Shown here: piece by piece, positions 26,488-37,700 of the stretch
Numbering within the stretch: position 1 is the first letter of the stretch
Layout of the letters: each line of letters begins with the position of its first letter
Assembly: GCA_026702755.1 (NCBI GenBank)
Contig: JAPPBX010000117.1
Location: forward strand, 28,578-92,577
From: Candidatus Poribacteria bacterium
Lineage (GTDB): Bacteria; Poribacteria; WGA-4E; WGA-3G
Reading direction: 5' to 3'
DNA: 64,000 bases
The notes under the pieces: model-generated
Database searches by the model: none
Told to the model about the DNA's origin: nothing
Seen by the model: the letters and a program-made list of their open reading frames with translations, nothing else
Made by a program: the position numbers and the translations under genes

Positions 26488-27264
26488 GTGAAAAATTTGC
26501 AGTACGCAGAGCACCTAATCTTCATCTTTCTTCTTATAGGCTGTCTTGCCGTAAATGGCACCTCCCAATCGCTTGTTGAAAGTCCAAACATTGCGCCTCA
26601 CCCACTACGGGTCGGTGAAAAGTTAACTTACAATATTCATGTGGCAAAAATGCGTGCTGCTCAACGGACAGACTGGATTGTTAAAGAAGAAGCAGTAAAT
26701 GGAGAGACGGTTTATCATATCCAGTCTGAACTGAAAACCCGTGCTCTTTTTAGACTCTATAGTTTTGGGAGGCAGGAAGAAACGTATTTGAATCCAAAGA
26801 CACTCTCACCCATCCGCTTCCGAAATCAGTTGCGGGATCAAAAATATCGTGCTACTGTGACAATTGATTTCCGAGAGGAAACAGCAGATTATGAAAAAAT
26901 CTCGCGCCCGAAGCCGAAATCGCCTGACAAACGCGAGGCAAAAGTATTAGAGATACCTGCTGGTACACAAGATGAACTGTCAATGCTCTACTTCCTACGT
27001 TCTAAACAGCTTGCAGTTGGTAAAACTTATTTCTTTCCGCTTATAGCGAAGGGCAAGGTTCAGAAGGTTACGCTCACTGTTGAGCGCAGAGAGAAGGTAA
27101 AGAATAAGAAATTGGGCATCGTCACAACCCTCGTTTTACGAACTTCAACAGGGGACCGCTTCTGGTTCACGGACGACAAACGTCGGATACTCGTCAAAGC
27201 AGCAACCAAAAGGGGACGCTGGACAGCAAATGCTACTTTAGCCGACATCGAATTTACCGACTGA
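26488..27264 (+). CDS. Secreted protein, DUF3108-like
   Basis: Signal peptide, then GEKLTYNIHVAKMRAA... with a beta-rich pattern reminiscent of DUF3108. The family call is tentative. Confidence 0.45.
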   Translation: MKNLQYAEHLIFIFLLIGCLAVNGTSQSLVESPNIAPHPLRVGEKLTYNIHVAKMRAAQRTDWIVKEEAVNGETVYHIQSELKTRALFRLYSFGRQEETYLNPKTLSPIRFRNQLRDQKYRATVTIDFREETADYEKISRPKPKSPDKREAKVLEIPAGTQDELSMLYFLRSKQLAVGKTYFFPLIAKGKVQKVTLTVERREKVKNKKLGIVTTLVLRTSTGDRFWFTDDKRRILVKAATKRGRWTANATLADIEFTD

Positions 27265-27368
27265 GACACGGCAGTCGGCAGTTAGCAAAGAGGTTCCTTA
27301 CTGAAAGCCGATCGCTGATCCGCACTTCACTGGTGAGGTTGGGAAACCTCATCTGTTGATGGTTAACT

Positions 27369-27507
27369 GCTGATGACTGACAGTTTCTCGTTTTGTAGGA
27401 GCGAGCTGCGCTCGCGATTCTTGCTGGCGGCTGATGACTGACAGTTTCTCGTTTTGTAGGAGCGAGCTGCGCTCGCGATTCTTTCTGACGGCTGATGACT
27501 GACAGCC
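27369..27507. repeat. 61-bp tandem repeat (2.3 copies), each unit embedding a family A hairpin
   Basis: The unit gctgatgactgacagtttctcgttttgtaggagcgagctgcgctcgcgattcttgctggcg starts at 27369, 27430 and 27491 (the last is partial). It ends 17 nt before the mfd start. Confidence 0.85.
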
Positions 27508-27523
27508 AATTAAGGAAACAGTA

Positions 27524-30500
27524 GTGATAGAATTTTTACGCAAAACTGAAAATTACCAAACACTGGTGGCATGCCTCAAAGGTGGTAAGCAGCTCCCATG
27601 GCTCAGAGGATTGGCAAACGCATCGACCGCGTATCTTTTGGCAACGCTCACTGACGATTTTCCAGAAAAATCCTTCCTGATTGTGCTGCCCTCACAGCGT
27701 GAAGCCGAACAAGTCTTGGAAGAGATCTGTACGTACCGGTCATACCCTACCTTGGAAACCGCCCTTACTGCCGATGAACAGCCTGAAATTAACTTGTTTC
27801 CTGCTTGGAACCCGAAACTTTTTGATCGTATTGCCCCTCCTAAAAACATTGTCTCAGACCGGATGCGGTGTCTGGAACGCTTAGTCCACGAGGAACGAAG
27901 TGTCGTTGTAACAACAAGCCAAGCGATGCTTTACAAATTACCGCCGCGCGAACGTTTTGCCGTAGCTTGTTGTGTTCTTAACCTCGGAGATGAAATAGAC
28001 CCGGACGATGTCGCGGCGATGCTCATCCGTGGTGGTTACCAGAACGTTGAACTCGTAGAAGTCAAGGGTGAATTTGCACGCAGAGGTGATATCTTAGATG
28101 TTTATCCGCTTACTGCTGACACCCCGGTACGCATCGAATTTTTCGGCGATGAAATTGATGCTATCCGCGCCTTTGATCCAATATCGCAACGTTCAACAGA
28201 ATCGGTTCAGTCGGTTTCATTTACACCGCTACGGGAAGTTTTTTCCGATGATGTATCCGTTGATCATTGGCAAGCCCGGGTGGATGAATTGATTCAGGAG
28301 CATGCGACACCGCAATTAATAAATGCTGTCCGGGAAATAACACAAAGTTTAACGGAGGCTGCGTCGTCTCAATATCGGCTTGAAGAATGCCCACTCAATG
28401 ATGGCATTGAGGCGTTTTTGCCAATGCTCATCCCTGAAACTGGACTCCTCACCGATTATTTACCTGACGATACAATCGTCTGCTTGATAGAGCCGCAGTG
28501 GCAGAAGCGCGAAGCATCGCAGATGCACGAGCGGATGCAGGAATTGTTTCAAAAGAAGTTGGAAGAATCGAGCCTCATGGTCCCGCCGGATGAGTTGTTA
28601 GTCTCCTTTGAAACACTCAGTATCGAATTAGAGAAGTATCCCGTCATCTCAACGTCTTTGGCACCGCCTCGTGAAGCCGTAGAAAATGCCTTGGAACCAC
28701 TGCATTTTGAAATGAAACCGCTTGTATTGCCCTCTGGCAACTATCAGACGGTCATTAACCAGATGAAAACGTGGACAGCTGAAGGCATGCAGATTCATGT
28801 TTTCTGTGAAACGCCTCAACAGTCAAAGCGTGTCTCTGAGATTTTAGCGGAGCGCGAGTTGTTTCCTCCAGACATTAACACCAGCGTGGGAGCAATTAGT
28901 GAAGGGTTTCTCAATGAATCGCTAAATCTTATTGTCATTTCTGAAGATGAACTCTTCGGCAGTCGCCAGCGTCGCCCGATCCGGCACAGACCGTCTACAG
29001 ATGGCACCCCGATTCTCAGTCTAATCGATCTAAAGGTTGGAGATTACGTCGTACACGTCTCACACGGCATCGCTGTTTATGATGGGATACGCCGATTGGC
29101 AATTGATGGCAAATCACAGGATTTCCTAATACTCAAATACAGCGCGGACGACATCCTCTATGTGCCGACCTATCAGGTTGACCTTGTTCAGAAGTATATC
29201 GGCAGCAAGGACAATAACTATAAGCCGCGTGTTGACAGGCTCGGGGGGACCGCTTGGGGACGACGAAAAAGTAAAGTCAAAGCGTCAATTGAACAGATGG
29301 CGGATGAATTGCTCAAACTGTACGCCCTTCGCCAAGCGCGGAAAGGATACAGTTTTCCGGCTGAGGTGCCGTGGCAAACTGACTTTGAAGCACTCTTCCC
29401 GTATCAGGAAACGGATGATCAACTCCAAGCGATTGAAGACGTGAAAACCGACATGGAAGATGAGCGTCCAATGGATAGACTCGTCTGTGGAGATGTGGGT
29501 TACGGAAAAACGGAGGTCGCGTTGCGTGCCGCTTTCAAATCTGTTATGTCTGAAAAGCAGGTAGCGATTCTTGTGCCTACCACGATTCTCGCACTCCAAC
29601 ACCACGACACCTTTGAGAAACGTTTTCAATCTTTTCCAGTCAATATTGAGATGTTAAACCGGTTCCGGACACCGAAGCAAATAAAGGAGATTAAAGAGGG
29701 ATTGGCAAACGGGACGGTGGATATCGTTATCGGGACGCACAGTCTCCTCTACAAAACGGTCGAATTTGACAACCTTGGGCTTTTGATCGTTGACGAGGAA
29801 CACCGTTTCGGCGTTAAGCACAAAGAGAAAATCAAACAGTTTAAAGAGACGATTGACGTGCTTACGTTGACTGCTACGCCGATTCCACGTACGCTTCACA
29901 TGTCGCTTGTTGGTATACGGGATTTTAGTATTATTAATACCCCACCAGCAGATCGGTTGCCGATTCAGACATTCGTTATGCCTTATGATAGCGAGGTCAT
30001 TCGTGAAGCGATCATTACCGAATTAAGTCGTGATGGACAGATATTTTTTGTTCATAACCGCGTTCAGGATATTCAAAGTATCGCGCGAATAGTTCAGGAA
30101 CTCGTACCAGAGGCGCGTATCGCTGTCGCGCACGGACAAATGCCAGAGCGTGAATTAGAGACCATTATGCTTGAGTTTATTCGCCACAAACACGATATCC
30201 TCGTCTGCACAATGATTATTGAGTCAGGTCTGGATATCCCTAACGTGAATACTATCCTCATTAATCGGGCAGATGCCCTCGGTTTAGCGCAACTCTACCA
30301 GTTGCGTGGACGTGTTGGTCGTGCGACGACGCAGGCTTATGGCTATCTGTTCTATCCGCAAGACCGAGCGATTACTGAAGGTGCTCAGAAAAGACTCCGG
30401 GTTATTGAGGAGTTCACAGACCTCGGTTCAGGTTTCAAAATAGCCCTCCGAGACTTAGAGATTCGGGGGACCGGGAATATTCTCGGTGCGGAACAGCACG

Positions 30501-31027
30501 GTCATATTGTCACCGTAGGCTATGAACTTTATTGTAGACTCCTTGAAGAGGCAGTCATGGCATTGAAGGGTGAAACAGTCGAGGAAACCGTGGAAACACG
30601 TATCAGTTTCCCCGTTGAGGCGTATCTGCCTGATGATTACGTACCGGACAGTCGTCAGAAGATCTCTATCTACAAGAAAATTGCTGGGTTAAAGGATCCG
30701 GATGCACTTGATGAACTCCGCGAAGAGCTCAGAGATAGGTACGGTGCGATTCCGGAGCCTACAGAAGTGTTACTGGAGATTGCCAACATCAAGCAGCTCA
30801 GTCAACGTCTTGGTATTACTGCCATTGTTGCTGGAAAGGAGCAGGTAAAGGTTACTTTTGACGAACGAAAACCGCGAATTAATGTGAAGAAATTGGTTGA
30901 GATTGTCCACCAAAGTAAGGAACTTGAACTACAACCCCCGGCACAACTTAAAATTCGGATGCCGGGAGTAACTGGCACGAATATGTTAATCGAACTGCAA
31001 CAAACCTTAAAGTTGTTTGTTGCGTAA
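27524..31027 (+). CDS. mfd: Transcription-repair coupling factor
   Basis: 1167 aa. UvrB-homology N-terminus, CarD/RID region ([20 protein letters not shown]), helicase motifs [11 protein letters not shown] and DEEHRFGV, plus TRG and C-terminal D7-like regions. GTG start 7 nt after AAGGAA. Confidence 0.95.
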   Translation: MIEFLRKTENYQTLVACLKGGKQLPWLRGLANASTAYLLATLTDDFPEKSFLIVLPSQREAEQVLEEICTYRSYPTLETALTADEQPEINLFPAWNPKLFDRIAPPKNIVSDRMRCLERLVHEERSVVVTTSQAMLYKLPPRERFAVACCVLNLGDEIDPDDVAAMLIRGGYQNVELVEVKGEFARRGDILDVYPLTADTPVRIEFFGDEIDAIRAFDPISQRSTESVQSVSFTPLREVFSDDVSVDHWQARVDELIQEHATPQLINAVREITQSLTEAASSQYRLEECPLNDGIEAFLPMLIPETGLLTDYLPDDTIVCLIEPQWQKREASQMHERMQELFQKKLEESSLMVPPDELLVSFETLSIELEKYPVISTSLAPPREAVENALEPLHFEMKPLVLPSGNYQTVINQMKTWTAEGMQIHVFCETPQQSKRVSEILAERELFPPDINTSVGAISEGFLNESLNLIVISEDELFGSRQRRPIRHRPSTDGTPILSLIDLKVGDYVVHVSHGIAVYDGIRRLAIDGKSQDFLILKYSADDILYVPTYQVDLVQKYIGSKDNNYKPRVDRLGGTAWGRRKSKVKASIEQMADELLKLYALRQARKGYSFPAEVPWQTDFEALFPYQETDDQLQAIEDVKTDMEDERPMDRLVCGDVGYGKTEVALRAAFKSVMSEKQVAILVPTTILALQHHDTFEKRFQSFPVNIEMLNRFRTPKQIKEIKEGLANGTVDIVIGTHSLLYKTVEFDNLGLLIVDEEHRFGVKHKEKIKQFKETIDVLTLTATPIPRTLHMSLVGIRDFSIINTPPADRLPIQTFVMPYDSEVIREAIITELSRDGQIFFVHNRVQDIQSIARIVQELVPEARIAVAHGQMPERELETIMLEFIRHKHDILVCTMIIESGLDIPNVNTILINRADALGLAQLYQLRGRVGRATTQAYGYLFYPQDRAITEGAQKRLRVIEEFTDLGSGFKIALRDLEIRGTGNILGAEQHGHIVTVGYELYCRLLEEAVMALKGETVEETVETRISFPVEAYLPDDYVPDSRQKISIYKKIAGLKDPDALDELREELRDRYGAIPEPTEVLLEIANIKQLSQRLGITAIVAGKEQVKVTFDERKPRINVKKLVEIVHQSKELELQPPAQLKIRMPGVTGTNMLIELQQTLKLFVA

Positions 31028-31171
31028 TCGTAAAAGCGAAGCTCCACTGAGAAAGACGTGCTACGCACATTTTCCAAAGTGCGTAAGCCTAACCAATGGG
31101 CAGGCTGGATATACGGAAAGGCATTTCATTTCCTAAATCCGCCTGACTGAACCGCAAGGAACATTAAAAAT

Positions 31172-32143
31172 ATGAAAAAAACGATTACTATTTTTGTAAT
31201 TGTCGCTATGACTTGTCTGTTGACATGGCGGTTTGTTCAATCTGATGGTCATGAACAACCTGAACCTGCTATGGACGAGAGCCAAGTGATTTTGGTGGAA
31301 TACAAATGGAACGGTGAATCCCATCAAATCTCGTTGGCAGACCTGAACGCGGCAATCTCAGAATTGCCGGTTTACCGTCAGCAGAACTATAAGAGTCGAG
31401 CAGACAAAGCCGAGTATCTTGAGGAATTGATAGAGGAGAAACTCAAAATCCTTCGTGCTGCTGACGAGGGGTTTGATACGCTCCCCGAACACCTCAACAA
31501 ACTCGAAGATTACACCCATCAGCTCATGGTTGAGAAGTTAACCGAGGCGGAAGTAGATAATAAAATTGTCTATACCGACGAGGAGCTCATGACGCACTAT
31601 CAAGCGAATTTGAGTGAATACGTTGAGGATGCCAAAGTTCGCGCAACCTGCATTACCCTTGATGACGAAGATTTCGCCAATGAGACGTTGGATGCTATCA
31701 AAGCGGGTAAGGACATCATTGAGATGGCGAAGGAGCTCTCGGAAGCTGGAAAACTTGCTAATGGACCCGGTAGTTCCGACCCGGATGATCCGGGCAATAC
31801 CTACTTCTTCACAAAGTCTGCCTCACCGCGCTGGGAGGAATTCATTGAGGCTGTTTTTGAGCAAGAAATCGGCGAAATGACGGATGTCCTTTTTGAGACT
31901 GATGTCAATGAGGAAACCTTCTACCTCATCTTCCGTAAGGAAGAACACCATCCAGACCGTCAGCAGGAATTCGATGAAGTCAAGAGCGATATCCAAAGGA
32001 CGGTTGAACGTGAAAAGAAACGCTCACGCATCAATGAATGGGTCACCGAAATTACTGAGAAAGGCAAGTTACGCACCTATCCTGAAAATATTCCGGAACC
32101 GCCGAAACCAGAAGAAGCGGAAACCGACGAGTCAGACCAGTAG
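31172..32143 (+). CDS. SurA/PrsA-like periplasmic chaperone with degenerate parvulin-like domain
   Basis: N-terminal anchor. The parvulin-like segment KVRATCITL...GNTYFF...FIEAVFEQEIGEMTDVLFET...FYLIFRKEE lacks the canonical His residues. Acidic C-terminal tail. It is a paralog of 32281-33315. Confidence 0.6.
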   Translation: MKKTITIFVIVAMTCLLTWRFVQSDGHEQPEPAMDESQVILVEYKWNGESHQISLADLNAAISELPVYRQQNYKSRADKAEYLEELIEEKLKILRAADEGFDTLPEHLNKLEDYTHQLMVEKLTEAEVDNKIVYTDEELMTHYQANLSEYVEDAKVRATCITLDDEDFANETLDAIKAGKDIIEMAKELSEAGKLANGPGSSDPDDPGNTYFFTKSASPRWEEFIEAVFEQEIGEMTDVLFETDVNEETFYLIFRKEEHHPDRQQEFDEVKSDIQRTVEREKKRSRINEWVTEITEKGKLRTYPENIPEPPKPEEAETDESDQ

Positions 32144-32280
32144 CAATTAGCTGTCAGCCATCAGTGAAGAAGTAAATCTGTAACAAGAGACCCTATCTTG
32201 GTGTACTCGTAGGGCGCAGTAAATTGTTACAAAGAACCCTTTTTGTTGATTGCTGATAGCCATAAGAAAAGGAGTAAAAA

Positions 32281-33315
32281 ATGCTCACAGCAGTTGCCCG
32301 CCTCATGGGCAGAATCAATAGTCAGTTCCGGCTTCCGGTTGTCCCTTTACTTTTACTTGGGATTCTTGCCACACACCCTATTTTCTATAGCTGTGGTGAC
32401 AAGGCAATTGGTGCTGACGGAACAGTCATTGCTGAATTTGATTGGAATGGTAAACAACGCATCACCCTTGAAGAGATGATGCAAGAGATTAGCGAACTCC
32501 CTGAGTACAAGCAGCGTCAATATCAAGACAAAGAGGGATTAGAAACCTATATGCTTCTCATGGCAGAGAGTCGCTTAATTCTCAATCTCGCCCGGGACGA
32601 AAAGCTCAATGAAGACGCGGAAATTCTCAAGAAGGTTCAGGATTACCTTCACGAGTTGATGGTCAAGAGGATTACGACGCAAGAGGTTGACGATAAGCTC
32701 ACTTTAAGTGAAGACGACTATATTCAACACTATGAAACGCACAAAGGGGACTACGTCCGCCCTGAGCAAGTGAGGCTTTCATGTATTACGCTTCTTGATA
32801 AAGAGCGCGCTGATGAAACGTTCGCACAAATCAAAGGCGGCAAAGACATCCTTGAGGCCGCCCAAGAGCTTTCCGATCGCGGTGAACTCGTCGGTCCTGG
32901 GGCGAATCCAGCCACCCCCGGTGACACGAACTACATTGGTCGGGATTCCTTCCCAACGGGAACTGAGCCTTTCTTAGATGCAGCGTTCGCTGCGGAGATC
33001 GGTAAACTCCATGATGGGGTTATTGAGGTCGATGTCCAGGGGCAGAAGTACTACATGATATTCCGAAAAGATGAGGCTCGTGACGAATACCAAAAGCCAT
33101 TTGACGACGAAGATGTTCGTAAGAGTGTCGAGCGGAAAGCGGAACGCGAAAAACGACAACAACTCATGGATGATTGGATTCGTCAGCTTCGTGAACGTGC
33201 CGAGGTCAAAACCTACATAGATCGCATCCCGGAGGCACAATCCGAAGAAGCCGAAGAGGCATCGGAGGAAGAGCACGCCGAAGAGTCTTCTGGGGAGACA
33301 GAACCTGAAGAGTAG
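32281..33315 (+). CDS. SurA/PrsA-like periplasmic chaperone with degenerate parvulin-like domain (paralog)
   Basis: Same architecture as 31172-32143 (WNG..(H/R)(Q/I).(S/T)L(A/E)(D/E)(L/M), ELPxY(R/K)Q, QVRLSCITL..., YYMIFRKDE). Glu-rich tail. Confidence 0.6.
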   Translation: MLTAVARLMGRINSQFRLPVVPLLLLGILATHPIFYSCGDKAIGADGTVIAEFDWNGKQRITLEEMMQEISELPEYKQRQYQDKEGLETYMLLMAESRLILNLARDEKLNEDAEILKKVQDYLHELMVKRITTQEVDDKLTLSEDDYIQHYETHKGDYVRPEQVRLSCITLLDKERADETFAQIKGGKDILEAAQELSDRGELVGPGANPATPGDTNYIGRDSFPTGTEPFLDAAFAAEIGKLHDGVIEVDVQGQKYYMIFRKDEARDEYQKPFDDEDVRKSVERKAEREKRQQLMDDWIRQLRERAEVKTYIDRIPEAQSEEAEEASEEEHAEESSGETEPEE

Positions 33316-33419
33316 CAAACTCTTGGATGGAAGAAAGGAAGGATGGAAGGATAGGCACCCAATCTTCCTTTCTTCCAACCTTTCATCCCATATCATTTAC
33401 TGCGAGGAATCATTAAAAA

Positions 33420-34724
33420 ATGGCTTACAGAATTGTTGCTTATCTTATGCTCTGTTTATTGCTCATCAGCAGTAGTGTAAGCGTCAGTGTTGCTCGCACT
33501 TTTGACAGAATTATCGCTTACGTCAATGACGATGTCGTAACCAAGCGAGAACTTGATGTCTTGGTGAAGCAACGCGCGATGGAACTCCAGCAAGTCTATC
33601 GCTACAGCGAGCGCGAAGCACTCAATGAATCCGAACGACAACGACCTGAACTTCTCGATCGGCTTATCAGACAAATGCTTCTTTTGGAAGCCGCGCTAAC
33701 CTTGAAGATTACCGTCAGTGATGTGGACATAGAGCAGTACGTTCAAGACTTTAAAAAGAGATACCAAATTGAAACCGATGAGGAGTTTGAAAAGCAGTTA
33801 AACCGAGAAGGTATGACACTCTTTGCTTTTCGTGAGCAATCGGAGCGGAACCTTAAAGCGGAGAGACTTGTGATGGGGAGGATTGTGCCGCGATTACAAG
33901 TCCGCGACAGCGAGATCCAAAAGTTTTTTGAAGAGAATCGAGACCAATTGCCAACTAAATCAGATAAAGTCGGTTTGCGACACATTTTTGTTGCTTTTAA
34001 ACCGAATCAAGCCGACCGAGATGCTGCATTTGAAACCGTTCGGAAAGCACTTGATGAAATCGCAGCAGATAACACAAAGTTTGAAGAACTTGCACGGCGG
34101 TATGCCCCCAAAAAGAATTCAAGTTCGCAAGCCGGGATGCTCATAGAAGCCACCACTGAAGAACTCAATCAATTTCCAGAGATATTTCAGAATGTCCTGA
34201 AAGACTTGGCAGAGGGCGCGCTGAGCGAACCGATTGAGGGAAACGAAGGACTCTACGTGTTCGCTGTGGAACAGAAAACCGACGAGATGATTGCCTTTCG
34301 GTATCTCATTGTTCCACTTGTGCCCAGTGCGGAGGCTATGCATGAGGCACGCGAGGATATCGTCGAAGTTTACAAAAAGTTGGAAAATGGTGAGGATTTT
34401 ACAGCACTTGCCGCAGCACATTCCGACGATGTTGAAACACGAGAGAACGGCGGTGACCTCGGGGTTCGTTCCCTGGCGGAACTCAATCCTAAAACGCGTG
34501 CCGTGATTGAAGCACTGGAAACTGGGGCTTACAGCCAACCCCACGAAACTGAATCTGGACTCCACATTTTTAGAGTTGACGAGCGAAATAGCCCTGACCT
34601 GAGTGAAGCGGAGAAAAGACAGATCACCTCCATACTCCGTCAGCAACGGTTTCAGGAAGAATGGGATGCGTATACCGACAAACTCCTCGAAAATGCCTAC
34701 GTCAAAATCCAATTGAAAGAGTAA
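33420..34724 (+). CDS. surA: SurA-like peptidyl-prolyl isomerase/chaperone
   Basis: Signal peptide, SurA_N-like DRIIAYVNDDVVTKRELD, and two parvulin regions (GLRHIFVAF...; GGDLGVRSLAELNPKTRAVIEAL..G..S.P.ETESGLHIFRVDE). Confidence 0.65.
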   Translation: MAYRIVAYLMLCLLLISSSVSVSVARTFDRIIAYVNDDVVTKRELDVLVKQRAMELQQVYRYSEREALNESERQRPELLDRLIRQMLLLEAALTLKITVSDVDIEQYVQDFKKRYQIETDEEFEKQLNREGMTLFAFREQSERNLKAERLVMGRIVPRLQVRDSEIQKFFEENRDQLPTKSDKVGLRHIFVAFKPNQADRDAAFETVRKALDEIAADNTKFEELARRYAPKKNSSSQAGMLIEATTEELNQFPEIFQNVLKDLAEGALSEPIEGNEGLYVFAVEQKTDEMIAFRYLIVPLVPSAEAMHEAREDIVEVYKKLENGEDFTALAAAHSDDVETRENGGDLGVRSLAELNPKTRAVIEALETGAYSQPHETESGLHIFRVDERNSPDLSEAEKRQITSILRQQRFQEEWDAYTDKLLENAYVKIQLKE

Positions 34725-34731
34725 AAAATCC

Positions 34732-37700
34732 GTGAGAAAGAACGCGTCTGACGTGCCTACCTGTTATCAGTATCAATACGCGAAGGCGGTGCAGCAGTAC
34801 GCTGTCCGCATCGCAACGTCAGGAATTGAGCGTATAGTGCTCACGATGTTCGTCATTGCATGTCTGCTTTGTCCGCTACAGGGCGTTATCGCGCAAGATG
34901 CGCAACCCTCTGAACCTTCCACGACTGAAACAGCACCCCCCGAATCCACAGATCAAACACAGCAGGAAGAATCCGCCTCAGAACGGTTGAATCCTGAAAC
35001 AGATGTCCCTGAAGAAGGCATGGTCATCGGCGATGGTGACGATATGGCTATAGTCGATAATTTCGTTCAAATTCACGGGAACGCGCTTATCAAATTTGAG
35101 GATGTCATTCTCCGGGCTGACCATATCTGGGCTGACTTTGACGAAAACCTGATGCGAGCTTCGGGAAACGTTCACCTTAAGATAGGAAACGAGGAGACTT
35201 ACTCCGATGAACTCATCTTCAACCTTGAAAATAAAAAGGGAATTGCCCGCAACGGCTTTACGTTCAGTGATCCGTGGTATTTTGGGGGCAGTGAAATCTT
35301 TAAAATCCAAGAGGATCGTTCCTATATCCGCGGCGCGACGCTAACGACGTGTTCATTGGAACATCCGCACTATTATTTCAGTGTTTCTGAAGTCATCGTC
35401 CGAATGAATCAGGAGATGATCGCGAAAAATATCGTTTTGCGTATTGGTGGGTTTCCCCTGTTCTATTTCCCCGCGATTCGGCGGGACCTGCGTAAAGGTA
35501 AGATCGCGAAGATCATCGTCAAAGTTGGCACGGATAGCTACCAAGGTCCCAACCTGAGTATCATCTTACCTGTGGCACGTAAACGGCGTTATGATGGGGC
35601 GTTGCTCTATGATAGGAGTGCGAGACGTGGGCAGGGTTACGGGTTTGAGGGAAAGTACCGATTCAATGACACACAGTTTCAAGAAATCTATATCCCTATC
35701 CCTCCGGACGTAACACCGAACCAACGCACGAAGTTAAAGGAGAAGGCGGACGAATTACATGACCGGCTTGATGGTGAATATGACCGCTATTGGTTGCGGC
35801 AAATTTTCCTTGAATATAAAATCACTGACGAGGATGTGAAGCGCGCGAAAGATCGCGCCGAAGAACTCCGCACGCAGCTTCAGGAAGAGGATGCTGACTT
35901 CGCACAGATCGCACAGAGCAATTCAGACCATTACGATACCCGTTATGATGGCGGGGATATGGGATTCCTCGTTCCCGGTGAAGTTGATGAAGAAGATAAC
36001 CCGAAACTCGACCCTGTTTTGGAGGAAGCCGTCTTTGCACTACAAGAGGGTGAAATTAGTGCTGTCATCCAAACTGAATCCGCTTTCCATATCTTCAAAG
36101 CGGAACAGGTCCTTGATGTCTATGGTGAGCGCGAAATTAAACTCAGCCGTATTGATGTGGCTATTACTGCGAGTGATGATACAGAATACGTCATACGCGA
36201 GTTGGCGAACGATATGCTCAAACGTGCCCAGGAAGGGGAGCCTTTTGAGCAATTAATACAAATTCCCGATGAATTTACTGATGTTGCCCAACCCGTCTTG
36301 TCAGAACTCAATGAAGGTAAGGGGATGCTGCTAAATGAGATGGAATCCTCTTGGCAACCTTCAGTCAGACGCTTAGAAAATCCAGGTGATGTCACTGAAC
36401 GTAGACCTATTTCTATGCCCGAAGGACTTTACATTTTCCAACTCATTAGAAAAGAGCAAACCCCAACTTTTGAGGAAGTCGCTGAACAGTTTGAGGCAGA
36501 ATGGGATGCTTTTTACGAGGAACTGATGAATCCTCCGCCAGAGGAAGCCGTAGAAGATGGAACGCCTACAGATGACATTGGGGATACAGAGCAGAGTCAA
36601 CCAGTGAATGGAGAGGCGAGCGAAACCGAAGAAGGTGATAAAGCAGAAAACACAACCGAGAACGTTCAACCCCAAGAACCCGATACTGTTACCACTGCAC
36701 CAGAGCTGCGACAAGCACCTGATCCCACCGATGCTGACGATGCTGCTGACAACAGCACGGATATGGAACAGAGCGAACCGGAGAATGTGGAGGAAGGCGA
36801 AACTGATTCTGATCAGGTTGAAGGCGAAGCTACCGACGGAGACGAAGAAGGTGAAACCTCCGAAGAAGACGCGGAGGACGAAGACGAACTTAAGGTCTAT
36901 CGGAAACACGGATTCCGAGGACGGTGGGAGGATCCGAGTGCCGTAGCCTCAGATGCACAGAGCATGTACGCGGGTGAATTTAGCAGACGGCCCATTCAAA
37001 CCAAAAAGTCCTTTCGCCTCCTCAAAGTTGATAAAAAACGAACGTATCGCGGGGACATCTACTTCTACGGGGCAGACCGCTACTCCTACGAGCGACAGAA
37101 CGCCACCCGAATCGGTAGACGTTGGAATATGCGGTGGGCACACACCCAATCCTTCTATACGCCGTGGGATGACCGCCAAGCCGGCAGGCGTCCGATCAAT
37201 TTCACAGGTAGGACGGAGCTGCAAGCCCGGAATTTTAAGGAAGAATTAAAACTTCCCAGCGAATCCACACTCAACTCTTTTGGAATACTCACTTACGGGA
37301 CAGGTTTTTCCACCGTTGCTGACGAGGATGTTGATGAGAACGGCAACCTGAGGTTCTCGCGAGAAACTATCGGTGATTTGACAAGCAGGCTTGAAGTGCG
37401 ACACATTCACGATTTCACGGGTGAAGGCACGACCTCGCTACAAAAGCTTCCGCAGCTCACTGTAAATTTATCGCGGATGCGTGTGGATGCTTTTCCGCTC
37501 TTTAAGACCCTTAACGATGGTATGGAGACCCTTGCCGAAAGATTCGGAACCGAAAAGCCATTTCTTTCACTGCTCGCTTTTCCAACCCTTGACAGCACAA
37601 GTGTTGACCTTGATTTTGAGTTCGGCAATTTCTTTAGAGAAGTTTATCGCGCTAAAGCGGGTGAAGAGAGAGATGTATTCCTACAGACAGTAGACCTTGG

